From IMG/VR virus record IMGVR_UViG_3300007351_000003, positions 4,022-68,021 of that record: DNA of 64,000 nucleotides; one strand, written 5' to 3'. Within the stretch, counting starts at the first letter, position 1, and the number at the start of each line of letters is the position of its first letter. Of the stretch, positions 10,295-20,045 are shown in pieces. Both the position numbers and the translations under genes were made by a program. The notes under the pieces were generated by a model that worked only from the letters and a program-made list of their open reading frames with translations, was not told the DNA's origin and made no database searches. The stretch comes from a virus.

Positions 10295-11257
10295 CTACAT
10301 CAGCCCCATAGGGGTCAAATTCGTTGTTTTTTCATGTGAGCGTTTTATGTGCTCACGCTTCCAGTCCTCGATCATCTTCTCATACTGAGTTTCGTGCGTA
10401 GTCGCCCGTGTAAGATCCCGAACTTCGACATCGTTCTTACGGTACGCCAGTTCCATCATCTTTTCGACCATTGTTTCATGATGTTCTGACTTGATCTCCG
10501 GCAGGCCGTCCATGGAACTTGTCGACAGGTCGGCCAGAGGGAATCTGATAACGTCCTGCTCAATCAGTTCGATGGCGCTGGACGGTGGGCGCACAATTAT
10601 TTCATTGCTTTCGTAGTCAGGAACGCCGTGGGATACCGTCCCGTTGGCTTCAGTTTCCCAGTCCGGAAACGAGGCGTCCATGTCTTCCTTGGTAAACAGA
10701 AAAAGCGATCTGGTCTGGCTGTAGGGCTTGAACCGAGTTATCCGGATAACCTTCTCGTGTAGGGTGAGATGCCGCTGCCCGATGGAAAGAACGTGCCGAC
10801 ACAGGCCGGTGAGATTCGTTACCGCTGCGGCCATCCCGCCGCTTGCCGTAGCTGTCAGGCTGTAGCCGGTCGTTGGGTATCCGGTTTGAGGGACCGCCTT
10901 GATAATGACCAATGTTCCACGTGAAACCGCGCGATAGTTCGGGGTGGAGGAATAGGCGGTGATATTCACTGCGAGGTTTGCGGCTGTGGTTGCCTCACTT
11001 GTGGCCCAGGGCACCGCTCCGGAGGTAATGGTCACGCCGGTCACGGACACGCTGTCAATCTGTCCGGCAGAGCCCGAAAGGTCGATGTACCCGATAGTGT
11101 CTGAGTCTTTAAGCAACTCGAGCCGACGCGCAATTTCACGCTCGGCACGGTTTGCATAGGAGACCAACTCCCACAACTGAAACCCTCTTTTACTGTCCGT
11201 GCCGCGCTCGTCGTCCATGCGCTTATAGAACAGATCACAAATGTCTTGTAGGTTCAT
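10295..11257 (-). CDS. Head-to-tail adaptor (tail tubular A-like) with inserted domain
   Basis: ELVSYANRAEREIARR N-terminus; PEIKSEHHETMV...AYRKND C-terminus. Confidence 0.65.
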   Translation of the reverse strand: MNLQDICDLFYKRMDDERGTDSKRGFQLWELVSYANRAEREIARRLELLKDSDTIGYIDLSGSAGQIDSVSVTGVTITSGAVPWATSEATTAANLAVNITAYSSTPNYRAVSRGTLVIIKAVPQTGYPTTGYSLTATASGGMAAAVTNLTGLCRHVLSIGQRHLTLHEKVIRITRFKPYSQTRSLFLFTKEDMDASFPDWETEANGTVSHGVPDYESNEIIVRPPSSAIELIEQDVIRFPLADLSTSSMDGLPEIKSEHHETMVEKMMELAYRKNDVEVRDLTRATTHETQYEKMIEDWKREHIKRSHEKTTNLTPMGLM

Positions 11258-11349
11258 TTATGTCTCGCAGTTATGAACATCGTTTCCAGACCGTCTCCGG
11301 TCTTCCTGCTTGTCCAGCCATCCACGGCCTGCTCGCCATGGGTCACCGT

Positions 11350-11949
11350 TTATGCGGCTTTCGGCTGCCAGTTAGGGTTGCCCTTTTTAAAATCAGCAAA
11401 GATCGATTCCCTTTCCGGTCCCTGGATGTCCATAAGCCCGGTAAGCCGTTGTAACGCCGCCACCGAGGGCATGGGGTTGACCGGCGATTTGGTCATGTCG
11501 TTGACCGTCAGGCTGCTCATGGCGGTCATGATCATGTCGTACCGCTGGCTTGGGTTAATGGTTTCCGGAGCCTTGACTTCCGGAGCGGTCGGTTGTACCA
11601 CTGTAGAAGTTGGTGCTGGCGCGACCGTCGATGCAGTCGCTTCCGACTTCGTTTCCGTTCCCGGTGTAGAAACTGCCGTAGGAGATCCTGCTTGGCTTGC
11701 CTTCCACCTCTCGAATTCTTCCCATTTGGCAATATCATCCGCCGATTTGCCCGCGCTTACGGACATCTGCTTTTGCCACTCGGCCAGATTTACCCGGCCG
11801 TTTTTGGGGATGGGCGCCGTCCAGGGGATGAATCGGTTCCGGTAACGTTCGTCTGTCTCAATGACTTCCGTTGCTGCCTTGATAAACCCGGTCTGCATGT
11901 CGAGGTAATGCGAGTGCTTGACTTTATATGGTGCTTTTTGGGTGCTCAT
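11350..11949 (-). CDS. Hypothetical head-associated protein
   Basis: 199 aa with a low-complexity linker, downstream of capsid genes. Confidence 0.6.
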   Translation of the reverse strand: MSTQKAPYKVKHSHYLDMQTGFIKAATEVIETDERYRNRFIPWTAPIPKNGRVNLAEWQKQMSVSAGKSADDIAKWEEFERWKASQAGSPTAVSTPGTETKSEATASTVAPAPTSTVVQPTAPEVKAPETINPSQRYDMIMTAMSSLTVNDMTKSPVNPMPSVAALQRLTGLMDIQGPERESIFADFKKGNPNWQPKAA

Positions 11950-11980
11950 ACTGAGGTTTTCCTTTCAGAATTAGAATTTT

Positions 11981-12010
11981 AGAAAAGAGGCCGGAATGAA
12001 AACCGGCCCC
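11981..12010 (-). terminator. Rho-independent terminator
   Basis: GGCCGG/CCGGCC stem followed by U-rich tract on the minus strand. Confidence 0.55.
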
Positions 12011-12030
12011 AGGAGGTAGATTGGTTGTTC

Positions 12031-13344
12031 CTATGCGATCGTGATGCCGGTGGCGTTTTGGTTCAGAATTCGCGCGGTGAACGCACCAGTATGGTTGTCC
12101 GCACCGGCACCGCCACGGGTGATCGCAACCTTAATGGTGAATGTATTGGGATCGCCCACGGCGCCAGCAATGGCGCTGGCCGTTACAACAACGCTGGTGA
12201 TCGCCTGACCGCCTGCGACGTTTGCAGCCGCACCGCCAATCGCCGACGAGACAGTGGCGACGGCATTGACGCCCGCCGTACGCACAACAACGATCTGGTA
12301 CTTTGAGTTGCGTGTCGCTTCACCCGCACCGATTGCGCCGCCCGCACCGAGTACCCCAAGGCAATCGACCTCGATGACTGCCGCATGCGCGGCGTTCGGG
12401 ATCGTCACGGTAAACACGTCCTTCGCCACCGTGTCGCTGAACGCCGTGATTGCCTTGGTGAGTTCTGTCTGGACTGCGGCTCCGCCGGGGACGCCGGTTC
12501 CGCCGATGGTCCGGGACGTTGTTGCGCGAAGCGTATCCACGGCCTTGTTTGCATCAGCCACGACGGTTTTGGCTGCTATGACCGTTCCGCCCGTCACGCC
12601 TGCGTTGACGTTCAGTTCTGCGGCCGTGGCTGTAACTGATGTTCCGGCACCAGCTCCGAGTTTCAGATCGGCAACGGCCAGCACGTCCACGTTCTTGTCT
12701 GCGCCGAGAGCAAGCGCTTTGCTTGCCACTGCTGTACCGGCAACCGATCCGTCGAGCAAGTTCAGTTCAGCCGCCGAAGCGGTCAGGCCGGTGATGGTGT
12801 CGGTTGCGGCTGATACATACCACAGGGTTGCAGACCGGCAGACGAATATTGCCATCTGGCCGGCGGTGATGGTGAACGCATTGCCAGCGCCGAGAGCGTT
12901 GATCTGCGTACCCGCAGCATCCGGGTAAACCGGGAGGGCATTGCTTGCGTTGGAATTGATAACCATGACGATTTTGTTTACAGCGGGAACGGGGAGAGAG
13001 ACCGCCTTGGTGCCATCTGCGCCCGTAACGACCGTGGTATCTGCCGTGATATCCGCTGCAGTTGCAAGGCTGTTACCCGTTGCCGCTAGGGTCGCCGTGG
13101 TTCCGGTTTCCGCCGACGTGAACGTGCAGGACGTAATTGAACCTGTGTTGACGTAGACATTGCCCGTTGCAGTATCGATCATCTGGCAGCCAACCGCATA
13201 ACCTGCCAATGCGCTCGGCAAGGTCGTACATGTGCCCAAAAGCACATTCTGGTACTTATCGCGTATATAAACCGATACCGTTGAGTGACCGTTCGGGAGA
13301 CCGTCAACCGTGATAACATTTCCTCTGAATTCATTTCTCTGCAT
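12031..13344 (-). CDS. Head fibre/decoration-type structural protein
   Basis: 437 aa Ala/Thr/Gly-rich; repeated TASAAELN/TATAAELN motif; AGGAGG SD. Confidence 0.65.
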   Translation of the reverse strand: MQRNEFRGNVITVDGLPNGHSTVSVYIRDKYQNVLLGTCTTLPSALAGYAVGCQMIDTATGNVYVNTGSITSCTFTSAETGTTATLAATGNSLATAADITADTTVVTGADGTKAVSLPVPAVNKIVMVINSNASNALPVYPDAAGTQINALGAGNAFTITAGQMAIFVCRSATLWYVSAATDTITGLTASAAELNLLDGSVAGTAVASKALALGADKNVDVLAVADLKLGAGAGTSVTATAAELNVNAGVTGGTVIAAKTVVADANKAVDTLRATTSRTIGGTGVPGGAAVQTELTKAITAFSDTVAKDVFTVTIPNAAHAAVIEVDCLGVLGAGGAIGAGEATRNSKYQIVVVRTAGVNAVATVSSAIGGAAANVAGGQAITSVVVTASAIAGAVGDPNTFTIKVAITRGGAGADNHTGAFTARILNQNATGITIA

Positions 13345-13440
13345 GATGTTCCTCCTGCCCCGCGATAAGCGGGATTGCTACCTGCTGGATTCGCCAGCAA
13401 ACGAAAATTGCGGCAAGGGCTTTACCCCTGCCGCATAAGA

Positions 13441-13989
13441 TTAGTCGTTGAAGTCTACGATCTCGGCAATAACGTCGATCACGACGGCACCAGCCGGGTT
13501 GGTAACCGTAACAAACGCAAGGTCGATGGTGTCGTCGGCAGCGTAATACTTGCCGCCCGAGGTAATGTACGCATCGGTTCCGTCAATGCCGTAGGTCCGG
13601 GTGCCAGCGGCGCCTTTGAGACTCATTGCGGCGTCAAAACTGGATGCGCCGTCGCCGTCGCCGATATTTGCCGTCAGAGCATCGCCGGTTGTAGGGGTTA
13701 CCATGATGATATGAACCTGTTTCACCAGCCAACCTGCCTTAACGTTCAAAATCTTCACGATATCGGAAGCAACCTGCAGGGCAAGCGGGATCGTGATACG
13801 CTTGCGGATGCGGGTAGTCTTTCCGATCGCATTGGCCGGGTAACCCGTCTGGCTGTCCGTCAGGTCCGTGGTGGTAACGCCGAACAGCCCGAACGCAAGC
13901 GCCGGGGTGAGCGCGCCGAAGCTGGCCATGACCGCGACTACCGCGACGAATGCCAGCGCAAACTTGTGTTTCAAAATGAATTTCTTCAT
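13441..13989 (-). CDS. Capsid decoration/cement-type protein with hydrophobic N-terminal leader
   Basis: Directly after MCP; GAGGAG SD; GGKYYAADDTIDL beta-sandwich motif. Confidence 0.65.
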   Translation of the reverse strand: MKKFILKHKFALAFVAVVAVMASFGALTPALAFGLFGVTTTDLTDSQTGYPANAIGKTTRIRKRITIPLALQVASDIVKILNVKAGWLVKQVHIIMVTPTTGDALTANIGDGDGASSFDAAMSLKGAAGTRTYGIDGTDAYITSGGKYYAADDTIDLAFVTVTNPAGAVVIDVIAEIVDFND

Positions 13990-14072
13990 GTCCTGGTCTC
14001 CTCTCTGCTTGAGAGATTTACCCGGCCCGGAGGCCGGGGTTAATGGTTATTGCCAAAAATCAACGGTTACGA

Positions 14073-15146
14073 TTAGCCCAGGCGAGCGTACAGGACGCCC
14101 AAGGATTCCGTCTTGATCACCTTCCAGTCGAAGACCTGGATACCGCGCATACCCTTGCCGGCCGTGTTTTCGAACTTATCGAAATAGGTCATGTCGGTCA
14201 GCTGGGCCGCAAACGTCACGCCGGACTTGTGGCCGAACGTGATGTTGTAGCAGGAGTAGGTATCCGAAACCGCGGTGTAAAGGTTTGAGATGTAAAGGTC
14301 GAAATCGTACAGGCTCTTGAAGTACCCGCCGCTCACCATGAACGAAGAGGCGGCGCCGGTCACACCGACGTCCTTCAGTTCCGAGGTGTCGAGCAGATAC
14401 TTCGCCCAGGTCGGAAGGACCATCCAGCGGCCTTCCTTGGGCCAGTTCTGCTCGTTCGCCACGGCCGCGCACTCGGCGATCTTGTCCGTGATATTGCCCT
14501 TGGTCAGGGGGATGGATGAGCCCGTGGTGCCGAGGTTGTAGGAACCGCTTTTACCGGCGGTCGTGCCCTGGTTGTCAGCATGCGCTTCGAGGTACACATC
14601 GGCCAGGAAGTCGGTATCGATGGCGATACGCATCTTCTCGCCGCCATGCTTGGTGTACTTGTCGAGGGTGCCCTTGTCGCCCAGCTGCGCGAGGGTCACA
14701 TCATCTAGGCGGAGAGCGAAATATTTCGATCGGTCGACCTTGAGTTCAACCTTCCCGCCGGCCAGCACCTGCCAGTTGATCGTGCCGTTTACCTCGTAAT
14801 TCGAGATGTCGATGTCGGGCAGGGTGTTGATGACAACGGTATCGCCCTTCTTCTTGATCATGCCCTCATAGTCGCTATTGGCCACAAACGGCGCAACGCT
14901 GACGTCGTAGAACACTTCCACGGTCTTGTCCGCGAACAGGACCGGGATCTCACCAGAGCCGGAAGCATAGGTGTAGTCCGGGGAGCCGGGGGCGCCTGCG
15001 ACAGTGCCGAACAGAAGGGGCAAGCCGAGACCGAACAGTGCGGTGGAGGCATCAGCCGTACCGCAGATACCGAGCGCATAGAGCGCAAGTACAACTCCGA
15101 GCACGACAAGGTTGATCGTGCTGATTTTTTTGATAAACTTTTTCAC
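14073..15146 (-). CDS. Major capsid protein (N4-gp56/P22-type HK97 fold) with hydrophobic N-terminal leader
   Basis: NSDYEGMIKKKGDTVVIN and GMRGIQVFDWKVIK motifs; GTG start with AGGAG SD; follows scaffold gene. Confidence 0.85.
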   Translation of the reverse strand: MKKFIKKISTINLVVLGVVLALYALGICGTADASTALFGLGLPLLFGTVAGAPGSPDYTYASGSGEIPVLFADKTVEVFYDVSVAPFVANSDYEGMIKKKGDTVVINTLPDIDISNYEVNGTINWQVLAGGKVELKVDRSKYFALRLDDVTLAQLGDKGTLDKYTKHGGEKMRIAIDTDFLADVYLEAHADNQGTTAGKSGSYNLGTTGSSIPLTKGNITDKIAECAAVANEQNWPKEGRWMVLPTWAKYLLDTSELKDVGVTGAASSFMVSGGYFKSLYDFDLYISNLYTAVSDTYSCYNITFGHKSGVTFAAQLTDMTYFDKFENTAGKGMRGIQVFDWKVIKTESLGVLYARLG

Positions 15147-15157
15147 TTTGGGTTCTC

Positions 15158-16327
15158 CTAACCCCTAATCCTCCCTTCTGCGCGTGCCAATGCGAATTCA
15201 TCAGACCAGTGCTGTTTTTCCTTCGCCAACTTTGCGGCTTCCTCCGCAGTCTTTCCGATCACGTTGTAGTAGCCGCTTCTGATCTTTTTGTTATGCGCAT
15301 CTACGTCAGCTTGGGAGTAGATGGGTTTTTTGTTGGTATTCAGGTCCCCTGCACCCGTCTGAGAAGCGGGCATCAGGTGACTTGGTTTTTTGTTTGGGTC
15401 TGCGACAGCCAGTGCTGCCTTGCCTTTCCATTCGACGAAAGACCTGTAGACTTCCGCCATTGTTACCGAATCTTTTGCCGCATGTGCTTCTTCCGCGATC
15501 TCCCGGATAGGTCTTTTGGTGCCCGCATCGATCATGGCCAGAAATTCAGGGAACTTCGGATTATTTACGATCGACAGCCTGACTGCCTCGCCTCCAACCA
15601 GTGCGTCCAGCGTTTCTATATACGAGGGGTCAACGCTTGGTGCCGCTGGTGCAGGTGGTGCTGCAGGTTGTGCCGGTGTTGCATGCACGGGAGCAGGAGC
15701 AGGTTGTTCTGCAGGCTTGGGGACCGTGGCAAGAACGGCGTCCACAATGGATTGTCTCCATGTGGCTACCTTTGCCGGGTCGGCTCCAAGTTCATCAGCC
15801 CAGTCCTTGTCGGCTTCGGTAATGGTTGCCTTCGTTACGTCTGCCTGTGCGGACTGAGGTTTCGCCTTCAACTCTGCTATCTGTTTCTCGAGGTCGGAGA
15901 CCGATGCTTTTAGCCGGTCATTCTCGGCCTTGAGTTCCCCTGTATTGGCGATTTGCCTTTTCAGGTCGGCGTTTTCCTTCATGAGCGGCTGGACTTCAGA
16001 GTTGTATTTCCCCTGAAGGATTCTGAGTGCCGCTGCCTGCCGGGTGATCGTGTCTACGGGGGATTCGCCCATCTTTGCGCCCTGGTCGTCCTTGGGAGCA
16101 GGTTCCGGGGTAATCGTGCCGCTGACCGGTGGTTTCGGTTCTGCGGGTGCCGGAGGAGCGGGTTGAGGTGCTGCCGGAGGAGTTGCCGGAGGCGGTTCTA
16201 CGGGAGCCGGGGGAGCCGGTGGGGTATTCCCTGGCGGTGTTCCTGCATTCGCTTCAGCAATCTTCTTCTCGTTTTCCTCAATGCGCTTCTTAATGTGTTG
16301 CGGTAACGCTGCTTTCGGTGCTGGCAT
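15158..16327 (-). CDS. Capsid scaffolding protein
   Basis: Pro/Ala-rich with coiled coil (LQGKYNSEV) and C-terminal ARAEGRI; ATG at 16327 with AAGGAG SD. Confidence 0.75.
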   Translation of the reverse strand: MPAPKAALPQHIKKRIEENEKKIAEANAGTPPGNTPPAPPAPVEPPPATPPAAPQPAPPAPAEPKPPVSGTITPEPAPKDDQGAKMGESPVDTITRQAAALRILQGKYNSEVQPLMKENADLKRQIANTGELKAENDRLKASVSDLEKQIAELKAKPQSAQADVTKATITEADKDWADELGADPAKVATWRQSIVDAVLATVPKPAEQPAPAPVHATPAQPAAPPAPAAPSVDPSYIETLDALVGGEAVRLSIVNNPKFPEFLAMIDAGTKRPIREIAEEAHAAKDSVTMAEVYRSFVEWKGKAALAVADPNKKPSHLMPASQTGAGDLNTNKKPIYSQADVDAHNKKIRSGYYNVIGKTAEEAAKLAKEKQHWSDEFALARAEGRIRG

Positions 16328-16451
16328 ACTGACTGTCTCCTTCTGCGATCCCTTTCGGGTGTTCGCTACGACGCAGAGCCCGTCAGGGTGTTCTGCGTTA
16401 AAATTGGTTCCCGCCGAGCCCGGAGGTCCAGGTATTCGGTCGAGAGAAAAC

Positions 16452-16505
16452 AAAAAAAGGCCGGACAGAAAGAAACCCTTTCGGGAATCCTTCCATCCGG
16501 CCTTC
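16452..16505 (-). terminator. Leader terminator 2 of head-gene transcript
   Basis: GAAGGCCGGA...TCCGGCC followed by T-tract. Confidence 0.65.
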
Positions 16506-16537
16506 GATAGTTATTATCGGTGGTGCCTTTTGTGGGC

Positions 16538-16557
16538 TATTCAGTTTTCAAAGAGCA
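16538..16557 (-). promoter_or_regulatory. boxA antitermination element
   Basis: TGCTCTTTGAAAACTGAATA, an rrn-type boxA. Confidence 0.7.
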
Positions 16558-16560
16558 AAT

Positions 16561-16599
16561 AAAAAAGGCCGCTTGATCTACTTGATCAAAGCGGCCTTC
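16561..16599 (-). terminator. Leader terminator 1 of head-gene transcript
   Basis: GAAGGCCGCTTTGATC...GATCAAGCGGCC followed by T6. Confidence 0.7.
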
Positions 16600-16782
16600 A
16601 GGACAACCTGGTGGTGCCGAGATATTCAGTTTTTGGTAGCGGGAGTGAGCGTTGATCTCACCGGTCCAGGCTTATGAGACCCAGATAGGCACCGGCCTCC
16701 CCGCAATCATTTTAAGAGGCTGGCCCGGGTCTATCCCCGGGTCGCCCAAACTCAAAAAAATCAGATTACTTCATCAGACTCA

Positions 16783-16810
16783 AGTATTGCACATTTAACA
16801 GGAAAGTCAA
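16783..16810 (-). promoter_or_regulatory. Sigma70-type promoter upstream of scaffold/capsid leader
   Basis: TTGACT-N16-AATACT with extended -10 TGn. Confidence 0.55.
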
Positions 16811-16820
16811 GAAAAAAAAT

Positions 16821-17030
16821 TCACAGTGTTAATATGGTTTCGTCATCCATCTCCCCAAACTGCCGAATTTTTTCATCACGCACTTCACTTGCCACAAGCA
16901 TGCGAAGAAGTTTAGAGGGAATGGTTATCTCTTCATCAGAACCTTCTTTCTTGATAAAAACTCCGCTTGTACCCCCACGGGAATACAACTTCCACTTCTT
17001 GTTCGGCAAATCATGTGACGTCCAACCCAT
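16821..17030 (-). CDS. Small hypothetical protein
   Basis: 69 aa, AAAGGA SD. Confidence 0.55.
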   Translation of the reverse strand: MGWTSHDLPNKKWKLYSRGGTSGVFIKKEGSDEEITIPSKLLRMLVASEVRDEKIRQFGEMDDETILTL

Positions 17031-17060
17031 ACCACGTCCTTTCTCGCCTATTCTGGCGCG

Positions 17061-17234
17061 CTACTCCACTATCTCTCGGAAAGCATGCGCCTGCTTCGAC
17101 ACATTCCCCTTGTGGAAGTTAAAGATCACGGGCCCGGTGTACTTCTTACTCCAGAGTTTATAGAACAGGACGATGACCCACTTCACGTGATCATAATATG
17201 CCAGTAAATCCATTCTTTCCTGTGCATCCGCCAT
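17061..17234 (-). CDS. Small DUF2292-like protein (57 aa, not in ORF track)
   Basis: Hand translation MADAQERMDL...KYTGPVIFNFHKGNVSK; G-x-V-x-F-N-F-H-x-G motif. Confidence 0.5.
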   Translation of the reverse strand: MADAQERMDLLAYYDHVKWVIVLFYKLWSKKYTGPVIFNFHKGNVSKQAHAFREIVE

Positions 17235-17259
17235 TCAATCCTCGCCAGTTGATAGAAAA

Positions 17260-18138
17260 TTACTGTCTCGTGTCCTGAGATATTTCGAGTTTGCCTTCCC
17301 AGCACGTCAACGGGTTTGATGTCCCATCAGCATCTCTGCGTTCGATTTCTGCATAATAGGTATCGACTACGGCCAGCTCGTTGGCGGTGAATATAATGTT
17401 CATCGCGCAGTTGGCCGCATCGGTTACGGTCATTTCACGGTTTACTATCGCAGTTGAATTAGGCGAGTTCTGAGATTCTTTCGCGCAGAAGAAGTAGCGG
17501 CCTCCGGACTTGAAGAATGTCGCCCCGAGATTGAACGATGCGGTATCGACATCGCCGCGCTTTACCCGGATCGTCGCGTTATTCGATTTCACGACAATGC
17601 GCCTGAGTACGCCCGTGCCAACCTGGAGAGGTGAGACTGTGACGCCGGCAACGAGTTTTTCCTGCAAAGCCTCGAGGCTGTCCGTCGCGGGGTCGAACGT
17701 GCCGCCGATATCGGAGACGGCCGACGCGACCTTGGATGCCAGCGCGCGGACTGCGCCGAGAACCGTGTTTACACCGGTCCCGGTGAAGGCCCCGATCCGG
17801 GTAATAATGCTTGCTACACTGGCATCAACGGGGTATTCAATGATTTGTATCGTGGTGCCGAGTGCTTCGGCGGTGTTTGCGCTCTTGTAGCGGCCCTCAA
17901 TGACGGAACGATCAGCGATATTGACCGCATCCTGAGTTAGTTCGGCGTAATACCTGCCGTTGCCAATCGCAACCAGAACGCCTATCCCTGTGTTTGCCCA
18001 GGGCGGGCCATTTACGGCGATTTGGGGCTGTCCGCCTGCCTCGAGTGTCTCAGGGGTCATGCCGTCGGTTGCATCAACACAGTGGAAATACATGCGTCTG
18101 AGTGCTGCGGTTGCTTCGTTCTTTTTTACCTGGATCAT
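17260..18138 (-). CDS. Virion protein with BppU-like C-terminal domain
   Basis: 292 aa; C-terminal GDVDT..F..G....YYAEIE..EGKLEI pattern. Confidence 0.55.
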   Translation of the reverse strand: MIQVKKNEATAALRRMYFHCVDATDGMTPETLEAGGQPQIAVNGPPWANTGIGVLVAIGNGRYYAELTQDAVNIADRSVIEGRYKSANTAEALGTTIQIIEYPVDASVASIITRIGAFTGTGVNTVLGAVRALASKVASAVSDIGGTFDPATDSLEALQEKLVAGVTVSPLQVGTGVLRRIVVKSNNATIRVKRGDVDTASFNLGATFFKSGGRYFFCAKESQNSPNSTAIVNREMTVTDAANCAMNIIFTANELAVVDTYYAEIERRDADGTSNPLTCWEGKLEISQDTRQ

Positions 18139-20045
18139 GCCGCATGCCTCCGTAAAAGGGTTTGATAGTAGCTGCGTCCGCCCTGCGACTCTTCCGGCCC
18201 GATCTCATATGTGGGCTCAACCGTGGCATATTGGCCGACGGCGAATGAATAGATCCGGATTTTATGCGTTGATGCATATGCCGCGCCGTAAAGCCCGAGC
18301 GGATTGGCGAGGTTCGGCACCTGCGCGCTCGTTTCTACCTCGCCCAAAAGTGCTCCGGCGGTGTCCCGCCAAATGGTTTTTGCATACCCGCTGCGCTTGA
18401 CCAGCTCGATAATGCGGGTCGTGTTATACCAGGAGTTATACGCGATAGCCCCGACGCTACTGTCGCTGAGGCTGGTCGTGTAGGTGCTGAGCCGGGCGTT
18501 TGCTGCGCCGTAGCGCTGCCCGGTGAGTGCCCACGGGTTCGCGCCACCGGCATTGTCCGTGCCGCACTGGCCGACCATGAGATTGGTGTTTATTTCATCG
18601 ACTAAAACCTGCGCCTTGCACAATATCCTCCAGCTGCCGCCTGCTGCCGGAGAGTAGCCGGACCGGGCGGATGAAAAATAACCGGACTTCGGCAGATATT
18701 CTAATTTACCGTGTGATTTTGTGAGCGTGCCGTAGGTGTTGGTCCACGTCTTTTCCGCACGGGCCTGCAGTAATTCCCGGCGGTTTGCGCTTGTGGCGAG
18801 GCCGATCGCTCCATTAGTGCCGTCGCTGCCGGAAAAAAGCGTGTACCACGTGCCGCCGACGAGCGCCTGGGACGGCCAGAAACACCAATAGGAATCGAAC
18901 TGGTCAATCTGTGTAACAAGCAGCGCGCCGTCTCGTGTCCACGGCCCTTCGGGCGCTGGCGCGCTCGCCAGGTTTACAAACTCGTCGCTGGCAAAATAGG
19001 TGATGTAGTAGGTCGAGCCCTCTTTCCAGAATTCCGATGGAGAGATGTAGTTTGCTGCGTTGGTCCAGACATAATTGTTGCTGTACCGAGTCCACGGACC
19101 CTCGGGCGCGGGTGCCGTGGCATACATCATATTGTACTGCCCGCCGGCATTGTGACCGGTGTAGAGCATACGCCAGACAGCTCCGTCCTTGAGCACGGCG
19201 CAGGCATACAGGTCGAGCGAATCGTCGGCAGAGCCTTGTGAGAGAATCGGAGATACATCGCATGTCCACGGCCCGGTAACGACCGAGGCAGAAGCATGCC
19301 CGATGGTTACGAAATCCGTTGCGGGGGGGTTGTCGCGGTTTGCCTCGAAAAATGCGTGGAATGTCGCGGTATCCGGATCATAGACGGCGGTGATGACCAC
19401 ATGGTCGGCAGCATAATATGTTGCAGGCACAACAGGCATTACTGGATTGCTGCCGTAGCGCGTCCATGTTATTAAATCAGTTGACCACATGAGGCCGGTC
19501 TGGTCCTGGCTCCCGGATGATTGAACAGCGCCCCCGGCATAAAACGCCCAGTATTTACCGGAACCATCTTGGTATGCCGTGCCGTCGGCGTTTTTGATGA
19601 TGCGCGGGACATACACCACATCCTTTTCCCAACCTGAGCCGGTTTTTGACAGAATGGGGTTTCCGCTGTAGCGGTCGAGCCCGCCGGTCCAGAGTATCCG
19701 ATCATCAAACCACTCCCATACGAGGTCTCCGTCGGTCGTATTGTCGTGCGCGACTGAGGGGTTGCCGTAATACAGATAGATTGTGGATTCGCCTGCGGGG
19801 ATGGACGGGACTTTGACCGTGAGCCGGGTGGTTGCGGAGTTTGCTCCCCAGTCGAGCGTGTGCGGCAGGATTGTGGTGCCGTCGGCACCGGTGAACCGGA
19901 TGTCGCCGCAGTCCGCGCGGAGCTTGCCTGCGGCAACGAGGGCGGCAGTGTTCATCTCGGTGAAATACTGGTAATTGGTCAAGAGCACATCAGTATTGGT
20001 GATGACTATCGGCTTTCTGTATGTCCAACCTGTGAGCCAGCCCAT
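18135..20045 (-). CDS. DUF2341-domain protein with glycoside-hydrolase-like five-bladed propeller
   Basis: GWTYRKPIVI...CGDIRFT...VKVPSIP...YLYYGNP (DUF2341); repeated WTRYGSNPV, GPWTR blades. Confidence 0.7.
   Translation of the reverse strand: MGWLTGWTYRKPIVITNTDVLLTNYQYFTEMNTAALVAAGKLRADCGDIRFTGADGTTILPHTLDWGANSATTRLTVKVPSIPAGESTIYLYYGNPSVAHDNTTDGDLVWEWFDDRILWTGGLDRYSGNPILSKTGSGWEKDVVYVPRIIKNADGTAYQDGSGKYWAFYAGGAVQSSGSQDQTGLMWSTDLITWTRYGSNPVMPVVPATYYAADHVVITAVYDPDTATFHAFFEANRDNPPATDFVTIGHASASVVTGPWTCDVSPILSQGSADDSLDLYACAVLKDGAVWRMLYTGHNAGGQYNMMYATAPAPEGPWTRYSNNYVWTNAANYISPSEFWKEGSTYYITYFASDEFVNLASAPAPEGPWTRDGALLVTQIDQFDSYWCFWPSQALVGGTWYTLFSGSDGTNGAIGLATSANRRELLQARAEKTWTNTYGTLTKSHGKLEYLPKSGYFSSARSGYSPAAGGSWRILCKAQVLVDEINTNLMVGQCGTDNAGGANPWALTGQRYGAANARLSTYTTSLSDSSVGAIAYNSWYNTTRIIELVKRSGYAKTIWRDTAGALLGEVETSAQVPNLANPLGLYGAAYASTHKIRIYSFAVGQYATVEPTYEIGPEESQGGRSYYQTLLRRHAA

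Noticed and set aside
16328-16453. N-terminal extension of the scaffold ORF
   Set aside because: AAGGAG SD at the internal ATG 16327; the extension runs into terminator sequence
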